Positions 29,373 through 40,524 of a stretch of 64,000 nucleotides of DNA are shown here, in pieces. The translations under genes were made by a program, and so were the position numbers. The notes under the pieces were generated by a model. The model did no database searches. It saw only the letters and a list, made by a program, of their open reading frames with translations, and was not told where the DNA came from. Origin of the DNA: Diplonema japonicum (lineage: Eukaryota; Protista; Euglenozoa: Diplonemea); the NCBI GenBank assembly GCA_964019335.1, contig OZ025713.1, forward strand, positions 248,001 through 312,000, read 5' to 3'. Position 1 is the first letter of the stretch; every line of letters starts with the position of its first letter.

Positions 29373-32300
29373 AGAAAAAGAGATGAGATAAAGGAGGTTC
29401 CTGTTTTGGAACGTCCCCCTTGTCTCTACTTATCTACCCCTTTCTCCCTTCTGGGGCCTCGGCCTTTCTTTCTTTTTTGGCTGTGTTGCCTTTCTCAAAG
29501 TATCCTCCCTTTCTTCTTGCCACTTTCTGCCCAGTTTCTTAAGGTCCTTCTTGGTTTTCTCTGATGCAAAAACTGGCCTTCTGTTCCATCCCAGACTCTT
29601 CTTCGCACCTATGGTTCTAAGCGCGTGGTTCTTCTGGCTCTCCGCTGGGAAGATCCGCTTGCCTCTGACCTTCTTCTGTATGCGTGCCGTGTCCCACCCT
29701 TCTTGGATTCTTTCCAGGAGGCCGTGGAAACTCCGCGCTTTCTTCTGTATCATGTCTAGATCACCCTTCTTCCCCGTGATCGGCTCGACGCCCAGCGTGT
29801 TCTCGAAGTCTAGTACGAGTTCCATTGTGGTGACTGTCGTCTTCCTCGGTCCATCGTACCACTTCAGCTTTCTGAGCCACTTGACGATGTCTTCACCGTG
29901 CTTCATCATCAGGCTCCCGCTCACATGCTTCCTCAGCTCCTTCCATTCAGGTGGCGCATGAGCGTTTCCTTCCGTTATCTGTTCCCAGGGGTGGGTCGTG
30001 TACGTTTCTAGCATTCTCTTGTCCTGGAGAAGCTGGTCTCGCCACCACTTCCAGCAGGTAGTACTGCGTCTTCCTCAGCCGGTGTTGGTGTGATCGGTGA
30101 CCACGCGGGAGCGTTCCATGTAGCTGCATGCAGATTGGCATTTCCGTCTTGTTGGCCACTACTTCTGCATGTACTTCCTTCTGTTGCACCTCCTTCGCCA
30201 CACTGCATTCCCATAATGCGTGTCGCAGCATGTTGCTCTCGTCCTCCTCCGCACCGCACGCGTCGCATGTGACCTCGTCTGTTGTTGGTCTCTTGTTCAC
30301 ACGCTCGTGTGTCTCGTCCCCTTCCTCTTCCGAGCTGTCCTCGCTTTCGCTCTGCTCGCCCTCTGGGGGTGGTACCCGTCTGGTAATGCTGTCCTGGTAC
30401 CACGCCTTTGGGTGGACGTAGAAAACCCCTCCCGCCACGATCCTCCGGAGGTCTCTCGCTGCCATTGCTCCTTGTGGTCCGAGTCTCATCAGCTCTCGCC
30501 ACAGGTCGTTCGTGCGTGGGTCTGCGCCCCGGTCTAACCCCTCCATCGAGCGTCTTCTGTCCTGTATGTGTTCCGCACGTCCCGACCTTAGCTTTTCTCG
30601 CACTATATGTGCGAATTTGTCCTTGTTCTCAGCTAGCATTTCGGTGAACTGCCCCCAGTTTGTGCTGATCTTCGGGAGCCACCGCTTCATCGCGTTGCCT
30701 ATCGGGCCCAAAGGTGTCGTTCTTGTCGGGTCTTGGTACCAAGTCTCTGGCACCGCTCCCACACCTCTCCCAATTTTCGTCTCGTTCTGTATATGGCTGC
30801 TAGTGCTCTGTAGGGCGCTGCTACCTCTGGGTCGTGTGTGTGTCCGCTGAACAGGTTTGACAGCACCGCCGCTGGTGATCTTGTTCTGTACCTCGGTCCC
30901 CACAAGGCGTATGTCGCGGTTGATGTGAGCGATTTGAGGTATCCTTCCGACGGCGGCGCGAATGCAACATCATACAGACAGCTGGGTAGCACCGTCGTTC
31001 TCAGGACTTCCGCTTTCTGCCAGAAAGAGAGCTGAGTGGTCGCGAGCCTCCGCAGCGTGTCGCCCGCCGCCCTGGCCCTGATGTTGTCCGTCTGCGTCTG
31101 ACCATCCGTGCGTATCCTCGCCCCCAGGATCTTGATCTTGTTCGTAGACCGCAGCTGCCTTCCTGCTGCCTCTATCCCTGGTGCCTTCCCTCCTGCTGCG
31201 AACACTTCGGACTTCTTCGTGTTGAGTTCCATGCCAACTATGTCGCAGAATGCGGATGCACTGTCCGTGGCTTTTTGTAGTACTTCTGCTAGTTTCGCCA
31301 ACAGGTATGCGTCGTCCGCATACGACAGAGTCTCCGCTCCCGTTCGTTCCTCCACACTCCTCATCAAGACCGCTAGTAGAGCGTTGATCATGATGATGGA
31401 GATCGGGCACCCTTGCAGGATTCCGTTTGTGGTTGTGAACTCCTCGCCTACTCCTGTCGCGTATCTGAAAGTTGTTGTGGAACTGTGTCAAAACACTTGG
31501 CGAAGTCTAGTGCGACACCCAACAACGGTGTCTTGTCCATCGCTGCTTCCTCTATCCTGGTGCAGATGTCCATGAGAACGTCCTCCGTCCCATGTCTGGC
31601 CCTAAACCCGTGTTGAGTTTTGTGGATCCAGGATTCTTGCCATTCGAGAATATCACCAAGCCTTGTGCACGCCCATAATCTGTACACTGCCGACGTGACT
31701 GTTATGGGCCGATGCTCGAGTGGTCCTGCGTTCTTGGTCTTCGGGATAAGGGTCACCAGAGCTGTCAACGCCGACTCTGGCCATTTTCCTGTCTTCTCTA
31801 CCTCATTGAGGAAAACAGCCCATGCGTCCAATATGGATACTGGTAGCTTTCGTAGCTCTGCCATCCGCCAGCCGTCTACCCCCGCTGCGCTTCTGGCCGT
31901 CTTCGCACCTGCTTCAGACGTATCCCAGTGATCGGTGTCCACACCATGTCTCTTTTTTCGATGTACGCACCGTACTCCTTCTCGAATGTTGCGTACGCGG
32001 GCTGGGGCTTGTCTCTGTATTTCGCAAAGACATGTTCCCAATGTTCCCTCATTGTCCTGTCCAATTCCTGCGGGTTTGCAATCGTGTCCTTTTCCATCTC
32101 CACAGTTGCTGTCCCCCGCTTGTCCTCGATTCCTTTCGCGCTGTCCACGAGCTCCTTGGTCTCTTTTCCTTGTTCGACTGAGTCAAGGTAGCTCCTGTGC
32201 CTTGCCGTGCGCTGTTCCTTCACCATCTCCCGTTCGCGTCTCTCCACCGCCTCTGACATGATCTCTGCATCCGCCACCATGTCTTCGATGTTGGCCTGCG

Positions 32301-33694
32301 TCGGGTCAATGGGTAGGCACTTCACGTTCGAGCTCCCCGTTCAGGTTGTGGATTGTGTTCACCGTAACCTTACTGAGCTGCCCTCCTCCTCTTTTCTGCA
32401 ACATGTTGAGCTGCGTCTGAATGGCTCTCAGCCTGCCTCGCATTTTCTCCAGCCGTACTTGCATGATCGACGCTGCCCCACACGAGCCAGTTGTTGTTGG
32501 TGCACATAGTTGTCTCTGTTGCGGTTGTCTCACCTTGTCGCGGCCCCTATAAGGTGCCGTGCCGACGGTCTCGTCCCCCAGAAGTATCTTCTCGCTCGCC
32601 TCAGCGCGAGGTATGCCGCCTCCGGGTCTTTCCGCATGTGTTCCCTGAAATTGCTCTCCTGGAGTGCCTTACTCCCTTCTTCTTCTGCTGGCTCCACGCC
32701 TCCTGGGATTTCTCGGGGTATCATGTATCTCTTCACAGTCTGCTGGAATCTCGCAAGTCTCAGCTCTACCGTCAGAGTCATATGGTCCGCCCCCTTTACA
32801 TCCCTGCTTGTTCTGCAGCCCTGTAGCGCCTGCGCTGCGAAAGCGTTTAGGAGGATGTAGTCGATCCTCGATGCACAGTTCTTCCGAGTGAAGGTTGGCA
32901 TCGGGTCTTCTCCTTTTCCCGCTGCGCATGCTCCTGCCGCATCAGTCCATCCGTTCACCAGCGCGTGACGTAGCTCATACGATCTTTTCTCGTCCGTGTT
33001 GAGGTCGCCTGCCACAATCACGGGGACGTTCCCCCGCCTGCAACACAGCCACTGTGCCCCCCTGCTTCGGAATGGTGCGGATGACCACCGCTTTCCACCC
33101 TGCTTCTTTGACAACCTCCTCGATGGTGGTTGTGTCCGCGCCCTTCGGGAGACTTCGGATGTCGTAGGTGGTCTTTCTGACAACCCCGAGGCCTTCCTTC
33201 AGGAGGTACTCCTGCACTTCCTCCCTTCTCTCGCTGACCTGCAGGCCCCATCCCTTGCCGTTCAGCGTCAGTGTCGCCGAGGGGTGATCCGTGTCATCAC
33301 TGCCCCAAGTACGTTTTGTGCCAGCCAATGCTGCCTTGTGGACATCCACAAGGCCCCCCTTTCCCTCCTCTCGATCTTCCAGGGACCGTCCTCGTTCCCT
33401 AGCGCGGTCCCCTCCTGCTCCGGTGCCATCCAGATTAGGAAATCCATGACAGATTCCCCCTTCTTGCCTTCCCTCTCCATGTGTGGCCCTACGTGCACTC
33501 CCGTCAGGCCCGCCTTGCCGAGAAAAGCCATCACACTCTTTCTCGGGTCTTCCTTCGCCGCTTTCCATGCCTCGTCTCCTGCCGCCCACTCAGCCATGAT
33601 GGCCCTGCAGGCGACCTCCTCCTTTGCGCCCCCCTTCACCGGCGCCTTCTTCCTTTCGCCTCCTTTCCCGCTGGCCGCCCCCCTGGGAGGCACC
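29373..33694 (-). mobile_element. Decayed non-LTR retrotransposon (APE endonuclease, RT, CCHC finger, extra C-terminal domain), frameshifted and internally deleted
   Basis: VIVAGDLN, SRIDYIL, ADH (APE); AAGVDGW, TLIPK, RPITV, QHGFR, LDFAKCFDTV, GILQGCPIS, SYADD (RT); CDAC...HALWEC; split over at least six ORFs. Confidence 0.92.
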
Positions 33695-33699
33695 AGAAA

Positions 33700-34141
33700 A
33701 AGAAAAACAACGTCACGGGCAAGTGTGTGAAGTAATTTCAGCGGGGGGAAAGGGGAAGCGGGGGGTGCCGTCAGCCCCGATGCAAACAGGGCCATCCTAT
33801 CAAAGCCAACGACGTGGTCGCGGCCAATGGATCGTAGTGATCTCACGTTCTTGCATGACTGCGCCGGAAAAGCGCGTCTCCTCTTCTCCCTCATCCATGT
33901 CGCTTGCAGCGTATCCAGGATCCGCTTGATCCTCACCGCCTTCTTGTCGATGTCAATCGTCGTGTTGATGTTAACCCCCAGCGTCTTCTTCGTGTAGCAC
34001 TCGAAGTCAATCGCCAGCTCGATCGCCGACACGGACGTTCCCTCTTCCGCCCACCGCAGCGCAGCCAGCCATCTCAGCACCTGATCACCATACTCCCTGA
34101 GCTGCGGGGTCAGCTTGAGCTTGTACAGTTCCACAACCACC
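33700..34141 (-). mobile_element. 5'-truncated LINE 3' fragment (different family)
   Basis: LRWLAALRW...SAIELAIDFECYT...AFPAQSC..VRSLRSIG; its distal end also occurs alone at 26277-26333. Confidence 0.75.
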
Positions 34142-34189
34142 ATAAAATAAAAAAGCCACCGTTTCACTATTCAAAATATCTTTTTTTTT

Positions 34190-35878
34190 TCAAACACGTT
34201 CGTCCATAAGGGCATCGTAAACATCTTTTCTGCTGAGGTTCTTATCGATGCCGCAAATGGACCTCCCGGTGTGGAAGGAAAGCAGCTTTCGGACCCCTTG
34301 GTACGCCTGTGTGACCGTGTTCGAGGAGTGGATTACAGCATGCTGCGTGTTGTACCTTGAAAAAGGTGGGAGGAACGACATGATGATGCGAACGGTGTCG
34401 GGAGGCAGGCCGTGCCACCCCGCCGACGGCTGGATGGGATGCGGGTCAACCTGCTCACCGCAGGCGATCGACGAGTCCGACAGTTCGTACCTTGTCATCC
34501 CATGGTCCACGAAAGGCTTCCCCTTTTCCCGTGCTTTGTCGAGAAGCTTGCATGTAACCTCGTCCAATGGGACGCCTCTGTGTGTCCACTGGTGGTGGTC
34601 TTTGAAGCGGGGCCCACCAAAGAGGCCCGATTCAATTCTCGACACAACACCCTCCACCATCCCACCGCATCCATCAAGAAGCACCGTTTCTAGTAAAAGC
34701 GGTCGGACATCGTCAGGGATCTCGGGCTCGTGGATTGCCGTCATGACAAGGTCGAGAATATTGAGGGGAGTCTCTGAAAACATAAATCTCAGAAAGTGGG
34801 CCTTCTCAAAGATCTTCGACCCGAACCAGGCTGCCTCGGGTATCGCCCAGAGCTTCTCGTTCTCCCTGTTCGTCTCGTCGGTTTCGTGTCCCAGCCAGTT
34901 CCAAAAGGTGTCGGATTCCTTTGAAAAAACCTCCTCCGCATCGTCCGAGTCGTAGCAATCCTCGCTGCTTCTCGTAAACGGGTCGAATTTCTCTTTTTCT
35001 TCAATTTTCTTTTCGAGTGCGGCAATGGTCTTCGCGTCCTTCACGTGAAGTTTCGTCTTGAGTTGTGCAAGCTTCGTGTCAAGGCCACGCCGCCCATGCC
35101 CCAGCTCGCAAAACATTTCCCTCATGCCTGATGTGTTATATGCCTCCCATCTGTCCGGGTCTCCCACAAGTTCCCCTTTGTACACTGTGTGCACTACTGT
35201 GCGTGTTGCGGCAAGCCTGATGACTATGCCGGTGTCCTTCCCATGTGCGTAGAGTGAGGCTACAGACCTGTTAATTTCAAGTGGTGAAGACGGGCTTGGA
35301 TCGCAATCAGACGTGATGTGGACGTATGCCTTGGGGACCGTTTCCGGGTACAGGTCTTTCAGAATATCCATCCCCTCTTGTGTTGTGAAGTAATCGACGC
35401 CTGGTGGGGCGTGGAAGCTCGACCCCTCGAATGTTCCCCAGTGGCTGGAGTAGTTTCGGGGGTCCACCACAACAACCTTCCCGTTTGGGTGGCTCCCCTT
35501 AACATCGATCCCTGAAGTCTGGAGAATTCCGATTGGAGGCTGCGTCCCGCGCCAGCCCTGCCATTGAAACACATCGTTCACATCAATAGTTTTGACGATG
35601 ATGGTGGAGGACCATGCCTTGAGAGTTTCTGTGGCCCAGGCCGCCCCGTGTATGTTCTTGTCAATGATGACAACGTCGACAGGTTGCGAGCTGTTCCTCA
35701 CCTCCTCCCACGCCTCTCCAACATCCCCGAGCCGTGTCACGCTGCTGAACTGCTTCATCACATCCATGCAGGACCTGAACGCAAAGGATCGCTCAGCCGC
35801 ACTCTCCACCCACACCAACCTGTCACGGTTTGCCTCGGGCGCGTCTTCGAACCTCTGGATGTCATCCTCGGTGAACAT
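34190..35878 (-). CDS. Highly divergent actin-related protein with F-box-like motif, copy 2
   Basis: Near-identical to 26388-28091 except for a few variable patches; likely start MFTEDD at 35878. Confidence 0.75.
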   Translation of the reverse strand: MFTEDDIQRFEDAPEANRDRLVWVESAAERSFAFRSCMDVMKQFSSVTRLGDVGEAWEEVRNSSQPVDVVIIDKNIHGAAWATETLKAWSSTIIVKTIDVNDVFQWQGWRGTQPPIGILQTSGIDVKGSHPNGKVVVVDPRNYSSHWGTFEGSSFHAPPGVDYFTTQEGMDILKDLYPETVPKAYVHITSDCDPSPSSPLEINRSVASLYAHGKDTGIVIRLAATRTVVHTVYKGELVGDPDRWEAYNTSGMREMFCELGHGRRGLDTKLAQLKTKLHVKDAKTIAALEKKIEEKEKFDPFTRSSEDCYDSDDAEEVFSKESDTFWNWLGHETDETNRENEKLWAIPEAAWFGSKIFEKAHFLRFMFSETPLNILDLVMTAIHEPEIPDDVRPLLLETVLLDGCGGMVEGVVSRIESGLFGGPRFKDHHQWTHRGVPLDEVTCKLLDKAREKGKPFVDHGMTRYELSDSSIACGEQVDPHPIQPSAGWHGLPPDTVRIIMSFLPPFSRYNTQHAVIHSSNTVTQAYQGVRKLLSFHTGRSICGIDKNLSRKDVYDALMDERV

Positions 35879-36331
35879 TTTCTTTTTTTTTCCTCTCCCT
35901 AAAAGCTCCTTTGAAGCGTGTTTAAAAAGCGTCCTTCTCTTATTCTCCCTTCCTTTTTTCAATCCGGGAAAACCATTTCTTCTGAAAAGACACGGGAAAA
36001 CAACGGGTACGGTATGTCGCCCGCCACGACAGGATCAGGAGGAGGAGGAGGGTGGTTGCCATCAGCGGAAATTCCCTTTGCGAGAGGCTCTCTCGTTGCA
36101 AAAAAGTTTAAGGTATATTGAAGCAGGGGGGGGGGGGGGGGTCTTTTGGTTGTAGCAGACCATCCTTGTAAAACGATTGGTTTTATGCTATTGTTACTTT
36201 ACTTCAGAGACACGGGATGGGCACCTCACAACATGCTGAGGGCATCGGCCCAAGGGCTTTCAAATGTCACTTTGTAAACTAATCTGTAGAAGAATTACTT
36301 TACCATGTATTTGTGAAAGACCCCTGGAGAT

Positions 36332-38047
36332 TTACAGCGACTCCACCACCTCTGCCTTTGTTAATGGACAAGTATTACTAGACACCATGCACTTCAGTTC
36401 CTCCTCCGCGAGGCTCACCGACGAAGGCTTCTGCGTCTCGATCCCAAGAACACGGAGGGCCTCCTCCCTGTCACCCAACAGGTACAACTTCCCTGCTAAG
36501 TTGTACGACTCCCAAGGCCTCTGCCCAAGCTCATACATCCACTCCTGGCCCGTTTCTAAAGGTTTGCCGTCCATTACAAGTACCTCGTACGCTACCTCGT
36601 TCACATGCTTCACATTCACTTTTGTTATAATGACTTTCATGGTGAAGGCGAAGGACACCTCACTGTACACAGTACTGCAACACACCACCTTGTGTCCCCC
36701 AGACCTCCCCAGGTCCTGCAGAACAGAGGCCGTGATGGACGGGGTCCCGATCATCCCCACAGACATGATCTCACTGCACCCAAGAGACCCACAGAAGGCC
36801 GTCCCACTTGACACACCTGTCACCACCTCAATCCCTTTTGCAAAGGCCCCGTCACGCAGATTAACAGCAGCCTGCACAGCATTCTTCGCGTGGCTTGCAC
36901 ATCTCTTCGTGGTGTTGAACGAGGCGTGCACGTGGTCCCCCACAACAGCCCCCACAACACCTGACAAATGTAAGTACTGTTCAGACAGGCACTCCATGAA
37001 GTGTTTATACTTCTCTTGGTAGGCTGCGGGGTCGGAGGCTGCCTCCCCAATCGACCCGAGCATGTTCGTCACAGTGAACGAGCACCGCTTCCTCTCAAGC
37101 ACCTTGACCTGTACGGCATGGACTGCCTCCAGCAGGCTTGAGACCGAGTCTTGCAGACAAACTGACTCTTTCCCGCCAGTAGCTTGGCTTTGATTGTCTT
37201 CCTCACCGGTATCGTCGCTGCCACTGTCACCGAAAAGAACAGACTGTGGAAGGTAAGGACGGTAGATGTGGAGATTTGCAAGGATGGCAGAAAAGGCTTG
37301 GTGGAGGGGCGGGGGGAGGGATGCGGACTCGATGATGTCTTCAGCTGATGCAAGGTCGAAGCGGGAGAGGGAGGTGGCGATCTCCTCAGTGGCTTGGATG
37401 GCTTGGTTCATGATTTCGTGTTCCTTAAGAAGGCCGTGGGCGAAGCCTCTTGTGAAGTAGAAGTCAAGGAGGACGACAACCAACTGGTAGAACAACGCGA
37501 TAAAGGAATGCGAAGGCTCCCGCGGGCATGGCAGTGTGGAACACGAGACTGCCTCTCGCCGGTAGGACTGGCGCGCGAAGAAGGGAAGATCATAGAGACC
37601 GAAACGAAAGGTGTTCTCGATGGTGATGAGAATAAACCAGCAAGAAATGCCGATCAGTAGATTCCTTGAAACGCGTGCACGCAAATTGCACAGGAGACAA
37701 ATATCGAGAATAATCAAATACAGCGGCCAGCTGTGGTGTGCACCCTGAAATATTATAATAATCTCAATGCTCGCCACAAGTATAGTGAAGCCTACCGCAT
37801 ACAGCACCCCCTCCACCACGTTGTGCCTGATCCTCTTCTCAATCAGCAGCTGCGCCAGACCGACTACACAACCTGATAGTCCCACGTACCTTCTCGTATG
37901 TGCAGCTCCCCGGTCGTTTAGATGTGTGATAACCTCCGATAGGAATCCAATAATGCCCATTAGACATGACACGAGAATAATCTTTTTATTGAACATGGTG
38001 GCCGAGTCATCTTCTGGCAGCACGACATGGCTGATCAAGCACCCCAT
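36332..38047 (-). CDS. Multi-TM pseudo-cyclase receptor, copy 2 (divergent N-terminus)
   Basis: Cyclase-like region nearly identical to copy 1, TM region strongly diverged; likely start MGCLISH. Confidence 0.85.
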   Translation of the reverse strand: MGCLISHVVLPEDDSATMFNKKIILVSCLMGIIGFLSEVITHLNDRGAAHTRRYVGLSGCVVGLAQLLIEKRIRHNVVEGVLYAVGFTILVASIEIIIIFQGAHHSWPLYLIILDICLLCNLRARVSRNLLIGISCWFILITIENTFRFGLYDLPFFARQSYRREAVSCSTLPCPREPSHSFIALFYQLVVVLLDFYFTRGFAHGLLKEHEIMNQAIQATEEIATSLSRFDLASAEDIIESASLPPPLHQAFSAILANLHIYRPYLPQSVLFGDSGSDDTGEEDNQSQATGGKESVCLQDSVSSLLEAVHAVQVKVLERKRCSFTVTNMLGSIGEAASDPAAYQEKYKHFMECLSEQYLHLSGVVGAVVGDHVHASFNTTKRCASHAKNAVQAAVNLRDGAFAKGIEVVTGVSSGTAFCGSLGCSEIMSVGMIGTPSITASVLQDLGRSGGHKVVCCSTVYSEVSFAFTMKVIITKVNVKHVNEVAYEVLVMDGKPLETGQEWMYELGQRPWESYNLAGKLYLLGDREEALRVLGIETQKPSSVSLAEEELKCMVSSNTCPLTKAEVVESL

Positions 38048-38220
38048 ACCTTTGCGGAGTGTGACATGAAAAATAACCGGGGGAGGGGGAAAATCATTTG
38101 ATTGGCCAACTTGGGGGAAGGGGGGGGGGGGGGGGGGGGGGGGGGCACACATGCCCTTTTTTTTTGAGTCAATCTCCCTCATTTCGACTTCTTTCCGTGT
38201 GTACTGCTGAACAACCGCGT

Positions 38221-38379
38221 GCATGCCCTAAAAAGGGAGGGGGTATGATCAGTACTAGGTAGCTCTCAGTTTCGATCTAATCTTGCGACTCCTCCAAGTG
38301 CTGATCTCTTCAGGCAAGTAGCACCCTTCATTGGCTCCCACTAGTGTCCCAGCGGGTATGGAGAGTACTTTTCCCGACC
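38221..38379 (-). ncRNA. Repeated structured RNA element, long variant
   Basis: Near-identical to 5314-5472. Confidence 0.45.
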
Positions 38380-38934
38380 AAAAAAAAAAAAAAAAAGTTT
38401 TGACATTTTTTTCTTTTTCTCCAGACGCTCAAAAATTATATTTATATATTGTTTTTTTTTCTTCTCCATACCCCCTTTTAATCTCCCGAACGGATAGGGG
38501 AACGACATAAAGTTCGTGGCTCTCAGTTAAAGAGGCAGAGAGAGACCCTTATTCCCACTAGTTTCTATTGATTTAAAACAAACCCCTCCCCCCCCGCATA
38601 AAAGAGGAAGCGCCAATTCTTTTTTATATAAGATTAAGGTTTGGATGGTCTGGGTACCCCACCCCTTTTCTTCATAAGTTTTTTACCCTCTTGTCTTTTT
38701 TTTTCTTTCTTTATATATTTTCAACTCCAGATACAAACCTCCCATTCCAAGCCAGGCTTTCTGCGGAGTGATTGAGATTGAGGGAACCTGCAGTATGTGA
38801 CAGGATCGCCGAAAAAGAAAAAAAAACATCTTATTCAAGCCCCCTAAATTCACAAGAATTTAAACAATAATGTAGAGAGGACACTAAAAAGAGAGGCGGA
38901 TTCTTTGTTTTTGTTCTTTGTTAAAAAAAAAAAA

Positions 38935-39327
38935 AACGTTTTTGCGCTTACCGGCTGAGCTGCGCTTAGTCCCGGCTCTGGCGGGTTCCTACTGCGGTGG
39001 TCAAACTGCGGGGCAAGCCTTATCGGAGTCTGAGGTACCTGTCCCGCAAGACTTCGATGCTGCTCGTCGTCTGCTCCGGGAGGACTGGCTTGTCTTGCTG
39101 CCTTCTCCCCAACCTGGCCGCTTTTTCTCTTCGTTCTCTTACCCATTGTCCTTTCAACGCCTCTAGGTCATGCTTGGTCTTCGGTGATGCAAATATCGCC
39201 CTCCTGTTCCATCCGATCACCGCCTTTCGGTACTGGGTGTTCTTGGCCTTGCGTGATAAAAACTGTTTCTTTTTAAAGGTATATGCGTTGTTGTGCTCAC
39301 CGGCCGAGCTGAGCTTAGTCCCCGGCT
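38935..39327 (-). mobile_element. LINE 3' fragment bracketed by two copies of a about 35-bp hairpin repeat
   Basis: 39107-39227 is nearly identical to 28536-28656; accggcYgagctgMgcttagtcccggct at about 38950 and 39300. Confidence 0.65.
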
Positions 39328-40524
39328 AGGTCCATCTCGCCATCGTCCTCTGCTCTCGACAACCCCCCCCCCCCCCCCCCCCCCCAGAGAACAAAGATGT
39401 CTTTGAGCCTGCAGTATGTGACAGGATCGCCCGAAAAAAAAAAAAGAATCGGTGGAATTGTTGCCATTTTCTTTCTTTCTTTTAATTTTTAATTTTTTTT
39501 TTTGTATGGTTTTCTTTTTTTTCTTTCTTTTTTTTTTTTTTTTTTTTGTTGTTGTTTGTACAAAGCCGATAGGTTAACCAACAATAGTTGCTTTTTTTTT
39601 TTTAAACCCTTAAACGCCCAACTGCACCTAGAGCAGCTAATAGGTGTAATTGTTCTCTGGTCACCCTGACCCAGAGTCTCTGATCGGTTTTTCACAAAAA
39701 TAAAAATGGAATAGAGAGATTAGAGTAGAAATTTTGAAGATCTGCGTTAAATGCGCTATTTGTATCCTTTCAGACTTGCTATAAAGACCGCGTCCACAAA
39801 AACATGTCTTTTCTCGGGATGCGTTTTTATGCATTTCTGAATCCAAAGATTGACACCACTGTGCTGGGAGATTTTGATGAGCTCAAGAACGTCCTCCTTC
39901 TTCATGTCATGAAATTTGGTGAGCTTCGGAGTCTTCAAGCTGACCAAAATTGCATTGAGGACCAAATCACAAAATATTTGAGCATAGGCTGGAGTAGGAC
40001 ATTTTGTTTTTTCGAGTTTTGGGCTTCAAAACTCGGGAAAATACCGGTCCTAGCAAAGTTCGCTTTGACACTCGGCCGAAGCCTCTCGACAGAAGCACCT
40101 ACCGAAAGGCATTTTAAGGTTGTGTCATGCACCCTTACAAAATCTCGGTGCAAGCTTGATGGGCTGGTGCTAAATGCCCAACTTCAAATTTCCATCAACT
40201 ACAAGCTGCTGAATCCGCACCTTTTCACAAGTGAAACCCGTGAAAAACTAGTTTGGCGCTCCATTTGTTTGTGCGCACGAGCGGAATTTTACCTAATAAA
40301 ATAGCTCATTACGCTGCCATCAACTAGTTTTTAGTCTCGACAATAATATTGTTAAAACAAAAAACTAGTTTGGCGCTCCATTTGTTTGTGCGCACGAGCG
40401 GTCCACTTATGAACACGCCCCCCCCCTCCCCGCCGCGTGTCCCTTAGGTCACAGATTCGTCTTAGCGAACCTTGGCCAGGAGTGGGGTAGGCCGCCAGCG
40501 CGCTCGTGCCAAGGAAAAAACATG

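Noticed and set aside
33268-34167. 299-aa ORF as a real gene
   Set aside because: Chance in-frame fusion of one LINE's C-terminal fragment with the 5' part of the next LINE
38047-38224. Longer N-termini given by the ORF track (also 4753-4786, 35878-35962, 51573-51648)
   Set aside because: The extensions run through homopolymer tracts; paralog alignment or the end of the tract points to the downstream ATG
40243-40401. Tandem repeat with a spacer, superficially CRISPR-like or LTR-like
   Set aside because: Only two units, and the spacer recurs at 43935-44015; explained by split direct repeats of the YR element; no cas genes
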